Shown: positions 23,078 through 35,231 of the stretch, in pieces | How the letters are laid out: every line of letters begins with the position of its first letter | Numbering within the stretch: the first letter of the stretch is position 1 | Assembly (NCBI GenBank): GCA_963787175.1 | Contig: CAWBCA010000017.1 | Coordinates: forward strand, 120,515 to 184,514 | Origin: an uncultured Acidobacteriota bacterium | GTDB taxonomy: Bacteria > Acidobacteriota > Vicinamibacteria > Vicinamibacterales > 2-12-FULL-66-21 | Reading direction: 5' to 3' | DNA: 64,000 nt | Notes under the pieces: generated by a model | Database searches by the model: none | Seen by the model: the letters and a program-made list of their open reading frames with translations, nothing else | Told to the model about the DNA's origin: nothing | Program-made: the position numbers and the translations under genes

Positions 23078-24683
23078 ATGAGCGAGATCTCGAGACGCAC
23101 GTTCCTGACCACGACCGCCGCGGGAGCAGGCTTGACCATTCTGCCGCGGCATGTGCTCGGCCGCGGATTCCAGGCGCCGAGCGACACGGTCAACATCGCC
23201 ACCGTCGGATTCGGTGGCATGGGCGGCAGCAACACGCGTCGGCTCATGAGTCAGAACATCGTGGCGATCTGCGACGTCGACGACGCGCTCGTCGATGCGC
23301 AGCTCAAGCGCATGGCGGACGACGCGACGAGTGTGCCGGCCTCGCCGCAGCAACCGCAGCGGCAGCCCGCCATGTCGAAGGCGCAAGTGACGGCCAATGC
23401 CCGCAGGCCTCGAATCGACAACGCGGCTGCGCTGCGGCGCTTCACGAGCGAGCAGATCCCGCGGCTGAAGCGATACCGCGACTATCGCGAGATGCTCGAC
23501 AAGCAGAAGGACATCGATGCGATCGTGGTCGCGACACCGGATCACATGCATGCAGTCATCGCGCTCGCAGCCATGGATCTGAACAAGCACGTCTACGTGC
23601 AGAAGCCCCTCTGCTGGTCGGTCGAGGAGGCGCGTGCGCTGGCGAAGAAGGCGAAGGAGAAACCCAGCGTCGTCACGCAGATGGGCAACCAGGGACACTC
23701 GAGCGACGGCTCGCGCACCGGCTACGAATACATTCGCGGCGGCGCCATCGGCGACGTGCGTGAGGTCCACGTGTGGACGAATCGACCGCTCGGCTTCTGG
23801 CCGCAGGGGATTCCGCGTCCGGCGCCGCTCGGGGCCGGCACGAGCGCGCCGCGGCCGCTGCGTTTCCCCTCAGGACGCGTCACACCGCTGATGGCCGACG
23901 CGCTGTATCGCGAGGCGGCGGCCATCCCGTCGACGCTCTCGTGGGATCTGTTCCTCGGCGTTGCGCCCGACGTCGATTACCACCCGATCTATCATCCGCA
24001 TCACTGGCGCGGATGGGTGGACTGGGGCCAGGGTGCGCTCGGCGATATGGGCGCGCACCTGATCGATCATCCGTTCCAGGCGCTGAACCTCGGTCTGCCT
24101 ACCGTCATCGAAACATTGTCGACGCCGTTCAACGGCGTCTGCTTTCCGCACGCGACAACGACCTACTATCAGTTCCCGGCGCGCGGCGACATGCCGGCGG
24201 TGAAGCTGACGTGGTACGACGGCGGACTCACGCCGCCGCGGCCCGAGGAGCTCGGCGACGAAAAACTGAACGGCGAAGGGCGGCATCATCTATGTGGGCA
24301 GCAAGGGCAAGATGATGCAGCTGACCTACGGCCACGAACCGCGGCTGCTGCCAAAGTCGCTGCACGATCGGATCGGCGAGCCGAAGCCCCTGCTCCCGCG
24401 CGTCGCGCACGCGCAGGACGAGCACGAGATGAACTGGATCGAGGCGATTCAGGGCAAGGCGCGGATCTCCTGCCCCTTCGAGTACGCCGCGCCGCTGACG
24501 GAGGTCATGCTCCTCGGTATCGTGTCGCTGCGCGCCGGACAGAAGACGCCGGGGGACAGCAAGATCCACTACGACGGCGCCAGTATGCGCGTCACCAATA
24601 CGATCAAAGGATCGGGCGGGACAGTGACGGATCCGAACGAGTTCCTCCGGCGCGAATACCGCCAGCCATGGAAGCTGACCTAG
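23078..24683 (+). CDS. Gfo/Idh/MocA-family oxidoreductase with twin-arginine signal, one apparent frameshift
   Basis: [23 protein letters not shown] (TAT motif). Rossmann segment [47 protein letters not shown]. The C-terminal part ([12 protein letters not shown]...) continues in ORF 24294..24683. Confidence 0.85.
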
Positions 24684-24885
24684 CCGACTGTTCCTCTGCT
24701 TCAGCCCGGATGGCGTCGGCAGACAGACCGGAGCCCGGTTTTGCAGTCGCCGCCGCAGCCACGTGACGAATGCCCCGTCCACGCGAGCGGACCCCCGACC
24801 GCCCAAGCGACGGCCGTGGTCGCGCGCTCCTGATTCCGACGTCAGGCAACATTTCGACGTGCATCCACTTCCGTCAACCAGCCGG

Positions 24886-24903
24886 CCAGTTGGTTCCAAC
24901 TGG
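24886..24903. terminator. inverted repeat CCAGTTGG-TT-CCAACTGG between convergent genes
   Basis: Read directly. No U-tract. A role as bidirectional terminator is only a guess. Confidence 0.2.
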
Positions 24904-24986
24904 GAACATCTGGGCCACCAGACTCCGCTCGCTTTGGCGAGCTTCCTCCAGCTTCGCCACGAATAACTCAGACACGTGGAACACTG

Positions 24987-27415
24987 CTACTCCGACCGGA
25001 GCGTCTGCGCCGGGCTCACCTGCACGGCATGACGCAACGGCGCGAGACTGGCGAGCATCGCGGTCAGACCGATCGCGCCCATCACGGCGGCGATCGTCAA
25101 TGGATCGCCGGGCTCGACGCCGAACAGGATGCCCGACATCAACGAGCCGAGGCCGAGGCCGATCGCCGTGCCAATGCCGAGCCCCACACCCGCGAGCACG
25201 GCGACCCGGGCGAGCACCAGCGCGCCGACGTGGGTCCGCTGCGCCCCGAGCGCGAAGCGAATGCCGAACTCGCGCGTGCGCTGCGCGACAGCGTAACCGG
25301 TGACCCCGAAGATTCCGACGCCGGCGAGCAGCAGCGCCAGCGTGGAAAACGCGCTCACGAGACCCGTGGTGAATCGCGGCAGCGCGAGCGCTGCATCGTA
25401 GCGCGCGGCGACGGTCTCGGCGAAGTATATCGGGACTGACGGGTCGACGGCCGCGAGCGCAGCCCTCGCCGCCGGCACCAAGGTCTGCGGCGCACTCGTC
25501 GTTCTGATCACCGTGTACATTCCGCGCTGGTAGACCTGCGCCTGCGGCGCGTAGGCCATCGGCAACGAGGGTTTGCCGGGCTCAACATGACTCACATGGT
25601 CGCACGACGCCGACGATCGTCCGCGTTTCGGTGCGGGAGCCGGATCCGAATCGAACGCGCTGGCCGATTGCCGCAGATTCACTCGCCCACACACGACGCG
25701 CAAGCACGTCGTCCACGATCGCGACCGGCGGCGACGCCGGCCGATCGTCGGCGGAAAAGAGTCGCCCGCTGATCAGCGCTACGTCCATCGTCTCGAAGTA
25801 GCGTCCTCGAACGATCCCCCAACCGACGGCGATCTCGGAGGACGTGCTCGAACCGGCTGAATTCGCCGGGGCTGCGACGATCGACTGACCTTCACCGCTC
25901 AGCGGGAGGTATGACACGGCGCCGATCGACTCGGTGCCGGGCAGAGACTGCAAGCCTCCCGGTCAGCTGCTCGTAAAAGCGGTCGACGCGCGCCTGGTCC
26001 GGATACGCGGGCTCGGTGAGATTCGTCTTGAAACTGAAACGCCGCTCGGTCCCGAACCCGAGGTCCACGCCGACGAGCGCGTGCAGGCTACGCACGGTCA
26101 GGCCCGCACAGACCAGCAGCGACGCGGCGAGCGCGATTTCCATCACCGTCAATGCATCGCGAACGCGCGTTGTCGTTCGACTGTCAGAGGAGCGGCCGGT
26201 GGGAGAGGCTCCTTCGAAAGCATTCATGCGCAACGCCACCAGGGCGGGCGCGAGGCCCACCGTGAGCGCTACCAGCACGAGCGCCCCAGTCGCGACGAGC
26301 GCGGTGGGCATATCGATGCTGGCTTCCTGCAGGCGGGGAATGCCAGCCGGTGCAAAGGCCTTCACGATGTCGATTGCGCTCTGCGCGACTACAAGACCGG
26401 CGATTGCGCCGAGCGCAGACAGCACCGCCGCTTCGGTCATCAGCTGCCGAATCACGTCGCCGCGCGTCGCGCCGATGGCGAGCCTGATCGAGATTTCACG
26501 GCGGCGTGCGAGCGCGCGAAGCAGCGACATGATTGCGACGTTCACGCACGCGATCAGCAGGACCGCGGCCGCTGCTGCCATCAGAAGACCGAGCGGGAGC
26601 AGCATATGGCCGAACTGACTCTCGCGCAACGACTCGGCGCCGAGGCTCCACTTGGGATCTGCCGGATACGATGCTGGCGCATCCTGTTGCAGCTCGCGCG
26701 CCACTCGCTGCAGGTCGAGGCGCGCCATGTCGGCGCTCGTGCCAGCCGCACGGCGCCCTATCGCGGCGAGGTAATGGTCGCTTCGGTCGGAGGCGTCGCG
26801 GGGCCTCAGATCAATCGGTGTCCACGCGCCCATGTCCGGCTCGGGATACGCGAAGCCCGCAGGCATGACTCCCACGATCGCGTGCTCGACGCCGTTGAGG
26901 CGGACCGTGCGGGCGAGGATGTCCTCGGCGCTGCCGAAATGCGATCGCCACAGCTGGTCGCTGATGATCGCGATCGCGCCGGCCCCCTCGTCACCGGCGC
27001 GAATGCCGCGCCCACGCGCCGGAGACACGCCGAGAATCGGCAAGAGATTGGGGGTCACACGCGAGACCTTGACGCGCTCCGCGAGCGCGTTGCTTTCGCC
27101 CGTCGACGTCAGCGTCATGCGGCCCAGGTCGGACGCCGCAATGCCCTCGAAGGCGCGCTGACGCTCCTCGTAGTCGCGGAACTCCGCTCGCGAGAGCCGC
27201 CCACCGTTCGCGACTTCGCCCGCCGAAACGTTGTGGATGGTGACGAGTCGCTCGGCCGCAGGATAGGGAGGCTGCCGCAGGACCACCCCATAGAAGACGC
27301 TGAATAAGGCCGCGTTGGCGCCCATGCCCAACGCGAGGGTCAGCAGCGCCACCGCCGTGAACCCTGGCGATTTCAGGAGCTGCCGAAAGCCGTAGCGCAG
27401 GTTGAGCATGTCCAT
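24987..27415 (-). CDS. ADOP-family duplicated FtsX/MacB-type permease, two apparent frameshifts
   Basis: Characteristic N-terminus MDMLNLRYGFRQLLKSPGFTAVALLTLALGMGANAALFSVF. First FtsX module ends ...EISIRLAIGATRGDVIRQLMTEA. Second module is in ORF 24987..25703 (REFGIRFALGAQRTHVGALVLARV ... VSPAQTLRSE). Frame changes near 25940 and 25600. Confidence 0.85.
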
Positions 27416-27762
27416 ACGCGGAGCAGGTTTCGTGCCGCGCGGATCATTTTACGGGAGCCGGAAAACGGCATGATATGGCTCACTCGGCGCTGCCCATCAG
27501 CGAGCGACTGCCCGAACCTGCCACTGGCCGTCCCACAACCGGACGGTGGCGCTCTCACACTACGCGGCGCGTGACGATCTTCACGCACCGCTGATCGCTG
27601 ACGTCCGTTCCGCTGTCTTGTCCGGGGTAGGCGCGAAGCGGCTAAGGCGGCCTTAACGGTCGCCGCGAGCCCGCGGGGACGCGTAGGCGGATTCCAGGCA
27701 CTTCGCGGCCTACGGCCGACAGCCAGCCGAGGCTTGAGCAGCGAGGTCGGTCATCGTGGGGT

Positions 27763-30058
27763 CTACGGCTCGAAAGCCCTCCAGGCTCTCCGTACCCCTT
27801 CCATCAAGCGACCGAACCGCGGCTCACTCCGAAGACTCGCGAGAAACGGCTCGTACTGCCACAGCCATGGCGCGTTGATGAACCCGAATTCGACCGCGCG
27901 CTCGATGAAGTCAATCGCCGCATCAGCCTCATTCACCAGCGCGAAGCAATCGCCAGCCCACCAGGCGAAGATCTCATCCCATTCCGCCGCGGCGCGCAGC
28001 TCGGGCGTCATGATACGCAGCAGCTCGTCGCGCTCACCACGGAGCGCGCAGGCCATGGCCGGCGCCAACCTCGCCCATGCCATGGCGGATGTATCGCCTG
28101 CCACCGCATCGAGCATCGCCACGCCCTCTTCGCGACGCCCGTTCGCCGCCAGCATGAGCGCGTGCATCATACGTGGGGTGGGATTGGCCGGATCGATGTC
28201 GACCGAGCGTTGCGTCCACGTGAGCGCTTCGGGATAGTTGCCGTCGAACATCGCGACCATCCCGTACATCGTGAGGTTGATCGACGTCAGTGGATCCACC
28301 TGCTGCAGGCGATCCATGAGCGCACGCGCGAGGTCGGGTCGCCCGGACACGGCGTAGTGATAGCCAAGCCAGAGCAGCGCCTCCGGATCGTTGGGATCGA
28401 GTACCAGCGCCTTCTTGTAATCGCGAGCCGCTCCGTTCGGGTCGGCACGGTTGTGTCGGATCGCTCCGCGCAGACCGTGCCCTTTCGACGATTCCGGGTT
28501 GAGTGCGAACACCTTCGCGGCGCAGCCTTCCGCCTTCCGCAGGTACTCGTCGTACTGCGACACGGGGACGATGCCCACGTTGACATGCTGCCAGTAGATG
28601 AGCCCCTCGGCGACGAACAGCAGCTCGTTGTCACCGACAATGTCCTCCGCGCGCCGGACGAGCTGGAGCGCGTGGTCGAGCGATTGCGTATTGAAGCTCC
28701 AGATCTCCTGGCGCGCGAGCAGGTAGTACTCGGTACGCACGCAGATCCCCGATGGGACGCTGCGCCAGGCGCCGATCCTCGGTCGGCGTGAGTCTGAGCC
28801 GCAACGCGTCTACGATCTGGCGAGAGAGACGCTCCTGGATTTCGAAGACGTCCTCCAGCGCGCCGTGGAACTTGTCGGCCCAGAGCTGCGCGTCGGTCCT
28901 GGCGTCCACGAGCTGCGCCGTGATCCGGAGGCTGGAACCAGCGCGCCGGATGCTCCCGGTCAGCACGTAACGCGCGCCGAGCTCGCGCGCGATGGTACGC
29001 AGGTCCTTGTCGCTTCCCTTCAAGCGCATCGCTGATTGTCGCGAGATGACGCGCAGTGTCTTGATCATCGAGAGGTCGGTGATGACCTCGTCGGTCAGGC
29101 CATCGGCGAAGTGATCGGTCTCCTGCCCGGCCGTCACGACCACAAACGGGAGCACGGCGATCATCGGTACTTCCGTTTCGACCATCGACCCCGGGCCACG
29201 GGTATGCGCCGACACGAGGTTGTCGAGCACCTCGAGGATCTCACGCGCACTGGCTGGCCGATCGTCGGGGTCCTTCTGGAGACAACGTTCTACGAGCACG
29301 GCCAGGGCCTCGGGGACATCTGCTCGTTTTGTCACGATCGGCGGAGGCACGTCGACGATGTGGGCGCGAATCAGCGATGCGACCGAACCGGCAAAGGGCG
29401 GCTCCCCCGCGATCATCTCGTAGGCAACGCAGCCGAGCGCGTAGAGATCGACCCGGTGGTCGAGCCCTGCATCTGCGGCGGCTTGCTCGGGCGCCATGTA
29501 GAGCGGTGTTCCAATCACAATTCCCAGGTCGGTCCTCGGCGCCGAAACGGTCACTGCATGAGAAGCCAGCAGGGCCTTGGCGATTCCAAAATCCGAAACG
29601 GTGGCGGTATTGCCGGCGAGCAGGATGTTGTCTGGCTTGATGTCCCGGTGCACGACACCTTTGGCGTGCGCGAACTCCAGCGCGCGCGCGACGTCTCTGA
29701 GAATGCTGACCGCTCCGGCGATCGGCATGGCGCCCGCACGCATGAGATGCACCCGGAGCGACTCCCCTTCGACGAACGGCATCGTGTAGTAGGGCAGCCC
29801 TTGCGTCTCTCCGGTCGTGAACACCGGCAGGATGTGTGGGTGCTGCAGTTGGGCGGTGAGCAGTATCTCGTGCTTGAAACGCTCAAAATTCACGCCGGCC
29901 GCGAGATCGGGCGAAAGCACTTTCACCACGACACGACGACAGAGCGCGCGCTCCTCCGCCAGAAACACGCGACTCATTCCACCGCCGCCGAGTTCGCGTT
30001 CTACGCGATAGGCGCCGGTCAGCGTGGTTTGCAGCCGATCTCGAAAATCGGTCTCCAA
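27763..30058 (-). CDS. Ser/Thr protein kinase fused to a TolB-N-like module and TPR domain, one apparent frameshift
   Basis: LGGGGMSRVFLAEE, VVKVL, VVHRDIKPDNILL, VSDFGIAK, GTPLYMAPEQ. Then MIAVLPFVVVTAGQETDHFADGLTDEVITDLS...YVLTGSIRRAGSSLRITAQLVDA. TPR part is in ORF 27763..28740. Frame change near 28740. Confidence 0.88.
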
Positions 30059-30632
30059 GTCCTCAACCTTCGCTTTGAGCAGAGCCGAGAGGAAGGACGA
30101 TACGTCCGATCGACCCTAACCACGGCTGGCCGCGCGCTGCCGAGACGGGCCCACCCAGACGTCCCGACACGCGTTCACTGGCCAGCTGTACATTGGCGAC
30201 GCCGACCGAAGTCCCTAGGATGACACGCGCGCGGCCGAACTCGCGGCAATATCCCACTCCTGCTCAACGCCGTGGGTCGGAATGCCGGCACACGGCGCGC
30301 ATGAGTTCAGAGACGAAGCGTCACGGGCGGCGTGAGAAGCTGTCCCGCAGATGATTGGACGGGCTTCAACACCTGTGTGGCAGCACCCGGCTGCGAGCCG
30401 CCCTGCCAGCGTCGAGCGGTCGAGGCTGGTGCCCTACGCTGCCACGCGCCGTCGGTCGACGACGTAGGGGCGACGCCATCTGGTTCCAACTCACGAACGG
30501 TGGGGTCACAACCTTCGCTCTCGTTGCCTCGAGGGGTCGGGCAAGCGCCGGTATCGAATTTCGATCCGGCACTGGAGGCGAAGGCTGAGGCCGCGAGCTC
30601 CAAGGACACGTGAATCGCCTCATAATCACGCC

Positions 30633-32147
30633 ATGCGACCAACTCTCTTCCAGGTGGCCGTGAGCGTCTGCGCCACCCTCGCCGGTATATCGGCGCAATC
30701 GCCGGCACCCACGACGTACTGGCCGGGCGTGGAGTGGCGGACGGCGACTCCGGAATCGCAGGGTCTCGACTCACAGGCTCTGGCTTCAGCGATTGCGCAG
30801 GTCCGCGAGAAGCAGTGGGGCACCCACAGCCTGCTCGTCATCCGTCACGGATTCGTCGTCGCCGACGCGGACTTCTATCCGTACCGATCGACCGCGCCGC
30901 ACGACGTCGCGTCGGTGACGAAGACCATCACCTCGACGCTGACTGGTGTCGCGGTCGCTCATGGGATTCTTCGCCTCGACCAGTCCGTGCTGTCGTTCTT
31001 TCCGAAGGAGAGCCCGGGCGAGGCCGACGAGCGCAAGCGCGCGATCACGGTTGAGAATCTGCTGCGGATGGAGTCGGGACTGGACTGCGGGTTCCTGCCC
31101 GGCGAGCAGGAACTGGAGAGGATGAAGCGATCGGCCAATTGGGTGGCGTTCGCGCTGGCGCTGCCGATGAAGTACGAGCGCGGCACCAGGCCGTCTTACT
31201 GCAGTCCGGGCTACCACCTGCTCGGCTCCGTAATCGGGGCGGCGGCGAAGACCAGCGAACTCGACTTCGGCCGCAAGTACCTGTTCGATCCGCTCGAGAT
31301 CAAAGACGTCGTGTGGGGCGATGACCCGCAGGGCCGCAGCCACGGATGGGGCGACAGCCACTTCTATCCGCGGGACATCGCGAAGCTCGGATACCTGTAC
31401 CTGCACGGCGGCGAATGGAGAGGACATCAGATCGTGCCGCATGACTGGGTGACGATGTCGACTACGCCGGCGACGGGGCCGCGCTCCGAGCCGGGTGGAT
31501 TCGGCCTCGAGTGGAACGCGACGAACGGGCCGAACGGCCGGCAATACGGCGGCAGCGGTCGCGGCGGCCAGTCCCTGATCGTCTGGCCCGAACTCGACAT
31601 GATTGTCGTCAGCACCGCCGGTGGTAACGCGGGTCAACTGACGGCGTTGGTCAGGGCAGCGGTGAAAAGCGAGCAGCCCCTTCCTCCCAATGAGCCCGGA
31701 AACGCCCAGTTGCGCGACGCGATCGTCGCGGCCACCAGGCCGCCCTCGGCGAGTCCGGCGCCGGCTCTGCCGACAACAGCGGCCGCAATCTCGGGCCAGG
31801 TCTATCAGTTTCCGATCAATCCTTCGCGGATCGACTCGCTCGCGCTGACGTTCCCGAAGGACGGTACGTCGACGGTTGAACTCGCCTACTACGGCGATCC
31901 ACTGCGGATTCCGATCGGGCTGGACGGTGTCTATCGCATCGGTCCGCACGGCCCCTTTGGCCTGCCGGCAGGGGCCACTGGCGCGTGGCGCTCGCAGACG
32001 GAGTTCGTGCTCGACGTGAACTTCAACGCGAACATCAATCACTACACGCTCGCGATCACGTTCTTGCCCGATCGCACAATCGAGGTCAGCGCCGACGAGG
32101 CGTCAGGACTAATTCGCAACGCCAAGCTCGTCGGCACGCCGCGCTGA
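30633..32147 (+). CDS. serine hydrolase, beta-lactamase/transpeptidase-like family, secreted
   Basis: Signal peptide MRPTLFQVAVSVCATLAGISAQ. SxxK motif VASVTKTITSTLTG. Intact 504-aa ORF. Confidence 0.8.
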   Translation: MRPTLFQVAVSVCATLAGISAQSPAPTTYWPGVEWRTATPESQGLDSQALASAIAQVREKQWGTHSLLVIRHGFVVADADFYPYRSTAPHDVASVTKTITSTLTGVAVAHGILRLDQSVLSFFPKESPGEADERKRAITVENLLRMESGLDCGFLPGEQELERMKRSANWVAFALALPMKYERGTRPSYCSPGYHLLGSVIGAAAKTSELDFGRKYLFDPLEIKDVVWGDDPQGRSHGWGDSHFYPRDIAKLGYLYLHGGEWRGHQIVPHDWVTMSTTPATGPRSEPGGFGLEWNATNGPNGRQYGGSGRGGQSLIVWPELDMIVVSTAGGNAGQLTALVRAAVKSEQPLPPNEPGNAQLRDAIVAATRPPSASPAPALPTTAAAISGQVYQFPINPSRIDSLALTFPKDGTSTVELAYYGDPLRIPIGLDGVYRIGPHGPFGLPAGATGAWRSQTEFVLDVNFNANINHYTLAITFLPDRTIEVSADEASGLIRNAKLVGTPR

Positions 32148-32285
32148 AGGGGGCAGCTCGCCCGTTTCCCATTAGGCTGGAAATCCACGAGGTGCCCCGC
32201 CTCCTCGGAAGTGAAATCATCGTGCCGGGGATGGCGGCGACGCGATGGGAACTGGCGCAGCACGAGCGGCGTGCGCCGCCGTGAC

Positions 32286-32780
32286 CTATGGCCGTCGGTG
32301 CCAGTCGGTCAGGACTGTGAGCCGTGCCGGCTGCGGCGTGTGGCGCGACTTCAGGACGATGAGGAATTTGCTGCCATCCGGGCTCACATCTTTGGTGTGG
32401 AGGCCATCGACGATCTCGGCCTTGAACAGCTCGCGCGGTCGCTGCGCCTTGAGCTCCGGAGACATCGTCAGGGCCACCGCCATCAGGCTTGGCTGCGGCG
32501 CTCTCTGAATCAACTTCTGGTAGTAGATCTCGCGGCTGTCAAAACGCCACAGCGGCCCGCCGCCGCCATCGGAGACTTGCAGCCGTCTCCCGGTCAGCCC
32601 GATCGTGCCGTCGCCGCTGAAGGCCTGCACGTAGACCTCGATAGACTGTCCATTGAGCAGCGAGTGTAGGACAACCACTTGCTTGAGGTCGCGATGAACG
32701 ACGCCCTGCTCATGAGCGCCTCTACCGCCAGGTCCGCCCCGCCACAACCCGATGCGGCGGCCCCGAGAGAGGAGCGAACC
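32286..32780 (-). pseudogene. remnant of a Ser/Thr kinase - beta-propeller (TolB-like) gene
   Basis: ORF 32286..32747 joins a kinase catalytic-loop fragment AHEQGVVHRDLK directly to a propeller C-terminus. That terminus reads QVSDGGGGPLWRFDSREIYY...FKAEIVDGLHTKDVSPDGSKFLIVLK...LTVLTDWHRR. No N-lobe, activation segment or preceding blades are present. Confidence 0.55.
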
Positions 32781-32789
32781 ATCAGGCGA

Positions 32790-33546
32790 CTACGACGCAC
32801 GCCTCCAGTCCCCACGCAGGAACGACGTCGCTGTTTCGACAAAACGCGGCGCGGCTTCACCGAACACCGGACCATGGCCAGCGTTCGGAACCACCCATAG
32901 ATACGATCGCGGGATCGCCGCCTGCAACTCGAAGGCAAGCGAAACGGGGTACAGAGGGTCGCGATCACCGAAGACAATCAGTGTGTCAGCCGCGATCGTG
33001 GCGAGGTAGGGCGGGGTGAAGTTTACATCGTCGTAGCTATCGGCCAACCCGCGGCTGTGTGCAAAGAGTTGTTGAATCTGCGACGTCCCCATGTTGGTGG
33101 CGCTTCCGCATCAGAGTCCATCTCGACCTCGCTGAACATCGATTCGGACGTCTGCCGCTGGAGCGCCCGAGCCTGTGCGGGAAAGTAGGGCGGCGCGCTC
33201 ACGATGACCATCGAGCCGATGCAGGTGTTGACTGCTGTGGCCATGTGAAGCAAGGTAATAGCCACCGCCGCTGAGGCCAATGGCCTTGACCGTGTTCAGC
33301 CCGAGGTGAGGCAGCAACCCTTCGACATCACCCGCGGCTTGCCGAAATGAGAACCGGCCGGATCGATTGGTCGACGCGCCGTGGCCGCGTAGATCCGGCG
33401 CGATCAGCCGAAACCCCGCTGGGGGCTCCGTTGAAGATGTACTTCCAGTCCGCGCCAGCCCCCATGAACCCGTGCAGCCACAGGAGCGGTTCGCCGTCAC
33501 CAACGATTTCGTAGTTCAACTGAACTTCGTTTACCTCGATAACCAT
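32790..33546 (-). CDS. alpha/beta-fold hydrolase, about three apparent frameshifts
   Basis: MVIEVNEVQLNYEIVGDGEPLLWLHGFMGAGADW, FRLIAPDLRGHGAS, nucleophile elbow AIGLSGGG, C-terminal VPNAGHGPVFGEAAPRFVETATSFL. Pieces lie in ORFs 33328..33546, 33111..33503, 33023..33280 and 32790..33092. Confidence 0.8.
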
Positions 33547-33817
33547 TGCGCATCTCCTGCTGAGGAGTATGCGTTGCGTGCAGCTTCAAAAACCAGTCTG
33601 GTGCGATCGCTTGATATGATGGATAGGTCGTTGCAAGCTCGTGGCAAACGGCAAGTTTTCCCTGCTGTTCGGAGCCTCGTTCGCTTCGTTTTCGTTGCGC
33701 GCGATCGCTGTTCAACAATCCGTTGCGACTCGTCCCGAACATGAGCGGTTCCTTTGAAACGGCGTGGCTGTCTGATTTCGCGCGTTTCGGATCGGCGACG
33801 TCGCGCACACTCTCCGA

Positions 33818-34734
33818 TCACTGTACCGACCGCAACTTCATCCGCGCGAGACACTCGTTGAACCGGGGATCGGCGCGCATGCTGTCCCACTGAGGCGCGA
33901 CCAAGAGATGGACCAACGCCGGGTCGCGCACGTCGAGGGCGCCGTGGAGAAGCGTTTCAGCGGCCAGAGGTCGCTCAACAATTCCCGCGCCGACTGATAG
34001 CGACCCTCGGCAGACTTCTCGAGGCACTTGAACGTAATCCGTTCCAGCTCCGACGGCACGTCAGGGTTGAGTTCGGTCATGGATTCGGGAGCCGCGCGAA
34101 GGATGGCCTCCATCAACTCCTCGCGCGTCGATCCGGCGAACGGAAGGTGCCCGGTCGTCATTTGATAGATGACGACCCCAAGGCTGAAGACGTCGCTGCG
34201 CGGGTCAACGTCGCCGCCCGTGATTTGCTCCGGGCTCATGCACGGTCCCGAGCCGATCACGCGACCGACTGCAGTCCCGGACTCCAGGATCCACTCACCG
34301 CTTCGCGTTGACTCATCGCGGAGCTTCATTTTCGCAACGCCGAAGTCGAGCACCTTCAAATGCCCGCGCAAGGTCACCATCAGGTTGGCCGGTTTGATGT
34401 CGCGGTGCGTGATGCCTTTGGCATGCGCCACGTCCAACGCGTCGGCAGCCTGCACGGCTATGTCGACGACCGCCGCCGGCAAGAGCGACCGCCCCGCGAC
34501 TCTGGCGGCAACGGTTTCTCCCTCGACATGTTCCATGACGATGAAATGCAGACCGTCGCTCTCACCGACGTCGTAGATGGTTGCGACGTTCGGATGATTC
34601 AGCGCGGAGGCCGCGCGGGCTTCGCGCTCGAACCGCTGCATCCGTTCCGGGTCTCCCGCGAGGTCGCCAGGAAGAATCTTGATCGCGACGGCTCGATCAA
34701 GCCGCGGGTCCCGCGCGAGATACACCTCACCCAT
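33818..34734 (-). pseudogene. 5'-truncated, internally deleted Ser/Thr kinase paralog
   Basis: The ORF begins MGEVYLARD, in the middle of the Gly-rich loop, with an in-frame stop four codons upstream. HRDIKPANLMV, DFGVAK and SPEQ are present. The kinase domain is followed, after a frame change, directly by the family's C-terminal tail DPALVHLLVAPQWDSMRADPRFNECLARMKL. Confidence 0.7.
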
Positions 34735-35231
34735 GTACGGCGAGCTTCACCGGCTTGCGCGACGCTGCATGCGCCAGGAGCGACCGGATCATACGCTGCA
34801 GGCGACGGCCCTGGGTGAACGAGGCGTACCTGAGGCTGATTGACGTCAACCGCGTGGAATGGCGGAACCGGACGCACTTCCTGGCGCTGGCGGCGCAGAT
34901 GATGCGAAGGATCCTGATCGAGTCTGCCCGCAGCCGGCACCGGCAGAAACGCGGCGGCGGTGCGGTTCGCGTCAATGTCGATGACCTCGGAGAGTTGCCG
35001 GAGCCGCAAGAGCGCAACCTTGTCGCTCTCAGTGATGCACTCAGCGCGTTGGCGATGTTCGACGCCCGTATGAGCCAGGTCGTCGAGTTGAGGTTCTTTG
35101 GCGGCCTCAGCGTCGAAGAGACAGCGGACGTGTTGAACGTGTCGCCGGAGACCGTCAACCGGGACTGGAAAACGGCAAAGGCCTGGCTCCTCCGCGAGCT
35201 CAGGCAGCCGACGCCAACTGCTTCGAAATAG
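34733..35231 (+). pseudogene. 5'-truncated ECF sigma factor (TIGR02999-like), one apparent frameshift
   Basis: MYGELHRLARRCMRQERPDHTLQATAL, then VNEAYLRLIDVNRVEWRNRTHFLALAAQMMRRILIESAR, and region 4 VVELRFFGGLSVEETADVLNVSPETVNRDWKTAKAWL. The ~45 N-terminal residues expected for this family are missing. Confidence 0.7.

Noticed and set aside
27416-27762. Looked for the PadR-type regulator often found upstream of ADOP permease genes.
   Set aside because: No HTH-containing ORF is present. The region appears non-coding.
30063-30257. Minus-strand ORF upstream of the kinase with an HTH-like stretch ARVILGTSVGVANVQLASERV, considered as a decayed ECF sigma region 4.
   Set aside because: Only a short, weak resemblance to sigma region 4.2. 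No region 2 was found upstream, so support is insufficient to call a pseudogene.
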